A stretch of DNA of 64,000 nucleotides from a virus: positions 35,620 through 99,619 of IMG/VR virus record IMGVR_UViG_3300025099_003636, one strand, 5' to 3'. Under the pieces are notes generated by a model. That model searched no databases. It was given only the letters and a program-made list of their open reading frames with translations, and was not told the DNA's origin. Positions 59,906-64,000 of this stretch are shown here, piece by piece; within the stretch, counting starts at the first letter, position 1, and each line of letters starts with the position of its first letter. A program made the position numbers and the translations under genes.

Positions 59906-61205
59906 AAATATGTTTTACAACTGGGAATCTAAGTGAGTGACACCCGTCTTGATTTAATGTTTCTTCAAAATACTGTACCGTGATTGTTTTTCCTACCAAA
60001 CTATCTGGATGAAAATCAGGTACATTATACATTCTTCTTTCTTCTTGGTCAAATCCTGACCCAACACCAACATCACAACCCTTATGTTCAATAATAACAT
60101 TACTTAACATTTCTTCTTCAACCTCTAAACCGTCCACAATGATTCTATGTACTGCCACTTCTATACTTTTTACCACATACTCTTCATCAAAGAATTTTTT
60201 AACTTTTAATAAATCGTTAGTTCTTTTACCTTTGTACTCACAATCTTTACGTAACATTAAACCTTCCCAATTATTTTTAGTTGCTAATTCTGCTAGTTCT
60301 TGGAAGTGTTCTTCTGACTTTACTTTCCATTGTTCTAATATATCAACACATTTTGACTGTTTTGCTTTAAAATTATAAACCATAGTAAAACAAGTCAATC
60401 TATCGCTTAGATTTCTTTCACTTTTTTGGTTATCGAACTCTTCTAACATTAAGTAATCAAATACTTTATATTTAGGATTTTTAATAGTGTGGTCTTTTCT
60501 TTTAATCTCTTTCATAATCCCTTGAAAGTCTTCTACACCTTTATCATCAACTATACACACCTCACCATCAAAAACCATATTACACAAATCTAAACTCTCT
60601 ATTTCTTTCTTAAGTACATCCAAAGTATCGAATGTTTTACCTTGTCTAGAGTAAAAACTACATTTACCATTTTCATCCACAAATGCTAAACATCTTACTC
60701 CATCTAACTTTTGGGAGGCGAACCATGTCTGTCTATTAAAGTCAACTTTCTTCTTTTGTTTATCATAAGAATTGGCTAATACCACTTTAAAGGTTGGTAC
60801 ACATCCTGGTATTGCTTTGTTGATTAGGTCCGCTCCCGTTCTTGTCTTTAAGTTTTTATCTAAAATACAGAATACTAAGTCTTTTTGCCATTCTTCCATA
60901 CCATCAATATATCCTTTTACGTATTGGATTGCATCATGTCCTGTGATTGTACGTTTAGTTAACGCGTCCAACAAATAAAACAAATCATTATACCCACCTC
61001 TAGCATCTAATTTTTTATTCTTCTTCACTGTCGCACTTGTTAAATGAAATTGTTTGAAGGGTGAATATGTATATTCTAAAACCTGATTAATCATATAGTC
61101 ATCCTTGTATTCTTTAATAATGTCAATCTTATCATTGGTTGAGTTAGTGGCTTTTAGTTTGTCCACAAATTCTTGTATTCTTTTTAAATCTTTACTCTCG
61201 TTCAT
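59883..61205 (-). CDS. ATP-dependent DNA ligase
   Basis: Motif I QKLDGVR, FDGE, VFDY, WEGLMLR, LLKVK, VGSGF, SLRFP. Confidence 0.93.
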   Translation of the reverse strand: MNESKDLKRIQEFVDKLKATNSTNDKIDIIKEYKDDYMINQVLEYTYSPFKQFHLTSATVKKNKKLDARGGYNDLFYLLDALTKRTITGHDAIQYVKGYIDGMEEWQKDLVFCILDKNLKTRTGADLINKAIPGCVPTFKVVLANSYDKQKKKVDFNRQTWFASQKLDGVRCLAFVDENGKCSFYSRQGKTFDTLDVLKKEIESLDLCNMVFDGEVCIVDDKGVEDFQGIMKEIKRKDHTIKNPKYKVFDYLMLEEFDNQKSERNLSDRLTCFTMVYNFKAKQSKCVDILEQWKVKSEEHFQELAELATKNNWEGLMLRKDCEYKGKRTNDLLKVKKFFDEEYVVKSIEVAVHRIIVDGLEVEEEMLSNVIIEHKGCDVGVGSGFDQEERRMYNVPDFHPDSLVGKTITVQYFEETLNQDGCHSLRFPVVKHIYENERDV

Positions 61206-61208
61206 AAT

Positions 61209-61388
61209 TTATTTTTTATTTTCTAACACTAGCTCATCGTAATTTCTTTCGTGATTTTTTGCTAGTTGTTGCCAAGTTAACAATGACTCTAGTAACTCTC
61301 TTTTACTGTGTCGTTTTAAAGTTTCTTCTATTTCTTTTTCTGTGTAGTTGTTTAAAACACTCACATTAATACTAAATGTTTTTTTCAT
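61209..61388 (-). CDS. Small hypothetical protein
   Basis: Likely start 61388 (MKKTF), overlapping the upstream stop. Confidence 0.5.
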   Translation of the reverse strand: MKKTFSINVSVLNNYTEKEIEETLKRHSKRELLESLLTWQQLAKNHERNYDELVLENKK

Positions 61389-61711
61389 AATATATTTTTT
61401 ATTTTTGTTTCTATTTCTTTTTTTGTTGTAGAGGATTGTACTATTGAAATACATTTTGCTACATCGTCTGTTGATACCCAACCTATGACCGCATCATCCG
61501 TAACCAATGATATAAAATCCCCATCTTTATCAAATACTGCTATTTCTGCGTTCCTAGATTCCCAAAATGGTTTTTTCATTTCATCATCAAAGTCAGCTCC
61601 CAGGTTCTTTTTTTCACAGTAGTTCATAGTTCCCCATTGAACTGAAATCTTGAATCCGTTTTTAAACTTCATTTGAAATCCTTTATTTTGTGTTGTTGTA
61701 AATTTACTCAT
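61385..61711 (-). CDS. Phage hypothetical protein
   Basis: True start 61711 (MSKFTTT); F.NG..ISVQ...YC...EIAV motif. Confidence 0.6.
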   Translation of the reverse strand: MSKFTTTQNKGFQMKFKNGFKISVQWGTMNYCEKKNLGADFDDEMKKPFWESRNAEIAVFDKDGDFISLVTDDAVIGWVSTDDVAKCISIVQSSTTKKEIETKIKNIL

Positions 61712-61725
61712 AACTTTTATTTTTG

Positions 61726-61797
61726 TACCCCGACGGAGAATCGAACTCCGGTTACCAGGATGAAAACCTGGCGTCCTAACCACTAGACGACCGGGGC
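61726..61797 (-). tRNA. tRNA-Glu (anticodon TTC), CCA not encoded
   Basis: GCCCCGG..GTCTAGTGGTTAGGAC, CCAGG-TTTTCAT-CCTGG, CGGAG-TTCGATT-CTCCG, TCGGGGT-A then CAA. Confidence 0.95.
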
Positions 61798-61800
61798 TAA

Positions 61801-61998
61801 CTACTCTTTATCTTTTTTAGTTGTTAATATTTGTATTGTATAAGTTTCATCATATACGATACCCACTACTTTTTGGTCCGTGGTAGACTCTACCTTTTCT
61901 ATAGTTTCTTTTAGGTCACTTCTAAAAGGATAATTCTTTTCTGGTTTCCCTTGGAAACTATCTAACCAAAATACTTTTTCTTCACCAGATTCTCCCAT
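61801..61998 (-). CDS. Small hypothetical protein
   Basis: 65 aa; TATCTTTG promoter box at ~62034-62041 heads this operon. Confidence 0.55.
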   Translation of the reverse strand: MGESGEEKVFWLDSFQGKPEKNYPFRSDLKETIEKVESTTDQKVVGIVYDETYTIQILTTKKDKE

Positions 61999-62079
61999 TG
62001 TTTTTATATTTTATTTATATCTTTTAAGCACTACAAAGATAATAAAATTATTTTAATTATACAACGATATTTATATATT

Positions 62080-62343
62080 ATGAAGGCATTAATTAAAAAA
62101 ATATTAAATGAGTTTAAAATAGATGAATTATCTAGACACGACTACAAAGATGGTGAAATAGTTATGGAGTATGTTGAGGGTTATGACTACCCTAAATATG
62201 TTTTATACTATGATTCACCACAACAAATAACTATTGATGGCCCTAAAGAAGATGAATATGAAATTATAGCTGAGTTAGATAGTAGGTTCTTTGATGCTGG
62301 TATGGTAAACACCATTATAGATTATTTAAAATCCAGAGAATGA
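62080..62343 (+). CDS. Class-C leader-bearing small protein
   Basis: MKALIKKILNE|F; TATTTATA 62068-62075. Confidence 0.6.
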   Translation: MKALIKKILNEFKIDELSRHDYKDGEIVMEYVEGYDYPKYVLYYDSPQQITIDGPKEDEYEIIAELDSRFFDAGMVNTIIDYLKSRE

Positions 62344-62993
62344 AAGGATTAATTAAACAAGTATTAAGTGAAGAACTACTAAAAGAAGAAAAGGTGGTTA
62401 ATTTTAATTCTCCAACAAATAATTTTGTTGTTATAGCTGGAGGACCTGGTGCTGGTAAAAGTTTTATCACTAGAAACTTAATTAATTTAGATAATGTAAA
62501 AGAATTTAATGTAGACCAAGTTAGGGTTATGACAGCAAAAAAACTTTGGGGTGATGACTGGGAGGAAAATATCTCTACTGCTGATGGGTATCAAAAAATA
62601 CTTAATATGACTTACACCACATCTGACCCTAGAAATCTAACAGTTAAATTTCTTAAACAATTCTTAGAACAAGAACGTGACCAACCTGTTAATGTAGTTT
62701 ATGATGCGGGTGGAGGACAAGAACAAGTAATGAAAGATGTACATAAATTAGCAAAAAATAATGGATTTAACACCACCCTAGTTTATGTTAGAACTCCTTT
62801 GGAATTGGCTCAGATAAGAAATCAGGAAAGGCCTAGAAGTCTACCACCAGAAATGGTAGCACAATACCATCAAAAAGTTAAGGATAATATGAGAAATATG
62901 ATACCTGTTTTTGATAATGTATGGACAGTAGACAACAAAGAACTTATAGATTTATCAGATAGACCATCTGAAAATATAGAAAAGTTAAAATAA
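62340..62993 (+). CDS. Class-C leader-bearing P-loop kinase (zeta-toxin/AAA_33-like)
   Basis: MKGLIKQVLSEELLKE|E; IAGGPGAGKSF, NVD, VVYD, YVRTPLELAQIRN..R.R. Confidence 0.7.
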   Translation: MKGLIKQVLSEELLKEEKVVNFNSPTNNFVVIAGGPGAGKSFITRNLINLDNVKEFNVDQVRVMTAKKLWGDDWEENISTADGYQKILNMTYTTSDPRNLTVKFLKQFLEQERDQPVNVVYDAGGGQEQVMKDVHKLAKNNGFNTTLVYVRTPLELAQIRNQERPRSLPPEMVAQYHQKVKDNMRNMIPVFDNVWTVDNKELIDLSDRPSENIEKLK

Positions 62994-63019
62994 CTAAGTA
63001 TTTATATTAAAATAATATT

Positions 63020-63895
63020 ATGAAAAACGTACTAACTATATCAGAAGAAGAAAAAAACAGAATTAGAGGGTTACATTTAACAGAATCTAAAAATAACAGA
63101 ATTACCTCCGTATTGAGTGAAGAGGGTATACAGGATATGTTGGACGATGATAATTTAAAATTGTGCTTTATCGTACATTTTGAGAGTGGTGAAGTAGATA
63201 AGATTGAGCTTCCTAGGTCTGGAAATGTAGCTGATGATGCTAATTTTTATGGTAGAGTGATGCGATTGTTGATGCAGGGGATGAGAGGTGATAGACCATT
63301 TATTGATATAGAAGCTGGTACATCTGGTACTGGAAGTCATGACCGTAATAGGGAAGTTATGGAAGAAAGAGTGAATCAAGCGATTGAGTTTCTAATTGAT
63401 GAGGTGTCCAATTTTGTAGGACCTAATAAATTAAAGTACAGTGTTCCCGCAATAATAGATAAAGCTAATATAGATAGAAAGTATAGTAGAATTGAACCTG
63501 GTTCTATAATACCATTAACTGGAGAAGAAGTTCCTACTGACCCTAATGATGATTATTTTAAAGATGCACAATATGTACAAATTTGTATTAATCCAGTTAC
63601 AGAAACACCAAACTACAATAGTTTGGCAGATTTATTTATTAAAGCAACTAAAGATGACAGTTTGGGAACGGATGAAGACGGTGTTTATAGCATTTTACAG
63701 AAAATGAGAGATAAGGAAGACTTTGAAGCGTTTCAAGAGGAGTTAAGAGTGGGAATGTATGAAATGGATTTTTATGAAGTAGTTTGTGATGGTGGGGTAT
63801 GGCCATTTGGTAAGGTTAAAGAACTTCCTAGGGGAGACCATCACGGTATCGATTCAGAATTAAGGAGATTAGGGGTGAAACCTATTCCTTGTTAA
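63020..63895 (+). CDS. Class-D leader-bearing protein with OmpA-C-like and annexin-like domains
   Basis: ISEEEKNRIRGLHLTE; VHFESG..IEAGTS.TGS..RN..V.EER; LFIKATKDDSLGTDEDGVYSIL; TATTTATA 62999-63006. Confidence 0.55.
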   Translation: MKNVLTISEEEKNRIRGLHLTESKNNRITSVLSEEGIQDMLDDDNLKLCFIVHFESGEVDKIELPRSGNVADDANFYGRVMRLLMQGMRGDRPFIDIEAGTSGTGSHDRNREVMEERVNQAIEFLIDEVSNFVGPNKLKYSVPAIIDKANIDRKYSRIEPGSIIPLTGEEVPTDPNDDYFKDAQYVQICINPVTETPNYNSLADLFIKATKDDSLGTDEDGVYSILQKMRDKEDFEAFQEELRVGMYEMDFYEVVCDGGVWPFGKVKELPRGDHHGIDSELRRLGVKPIPC

Positions 63896-64000
63896 ACGGT
63901 TTTAATTATTTCTAATTCTACTTCGGGATAATCTTTCATAGCTTCGGTCACTGACTTAATGTGTTTATCTTTATCTTCCCAAAACTTTACAGACTTACAA

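Noticed and set aside
61712-61783. N-terminal extension of ORF 61385-61783 (MVRTPGFHPGNRSSILRRG)
   Set aside because: It is the translation of tRNA-Glu; the real start is the ATG at 61711
567-63379. Many Ser/Phe/Leu-rich antisense ORFs (e.g. 1368, 3381, 5972, 6524, 42305, 47376, 63155)
   Set aside because: Opposite-strand shadows of Glu/Lys-rich genes with no motifs of their own
1-64000. Stop-codon reassignment as in some large Bacteroidota phages
   Set aside because: Standard code gives dense, intact ORFs, and TAA, TAG and TGA all appear as stops at gene ends

Overview
AT-rich, densely coding 64-kb segment (standard code, mostly minus-strand genes) best read as part of a large/jumbo tailed-phage genome infecting a Bacteroidota (probably Flavobacteriia) host. 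Host evidence: TTTG..TAnnTTTG promoters, DnaK ending DVEFEEVK, a tmRNA resuming on Gly, and a lipoprotein with a C-QKEDD signal. Recognisable genes: DnaK and an N-domain-less ClpC-type ATPase (divergent), thioredoxin, glutaredoxin, ATP-dependent DNA ligase, nucleotidyltransferase, KTSC protein, SprT-like and M28-like peptidases, CAP protein, GT32/GT2 glycosyltransferases, an outer-membrane beta-barrel, two giant Cys-rich repeat proteins, tmRNA and tRNA-Glu(TTC). No capsid, terminase or portal gene is in the window, so the phage call rests on gene content and organisation. Main finding: about 20 otherwise unrelated proteins share a few classes of short N-terminal leader ending in (I/L/V)-x-E, and their operons are preceded by a sense-strand TATTTAT(A) motif. 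By analogy with T4 capsid-targeting sequences and gp21 cleavage, I infer a modular head-cargo loading system whose payloads include pre-toxin-TG-like, nuclease-like, kinase, metallopeptidase, OmpA-like and annexin-like domains. Other findings: a tmRNA with a long non-canonical tag, and a ~3-kb mostly non-coding region (52.5-55.5 kb) with G-runs, hairpins and sites resembling host regulator operators (MraZ-type, DnaA-type, and a palindrome shared with the dnaK/clpC promoter). All domain calls are by eye; no searches were run.
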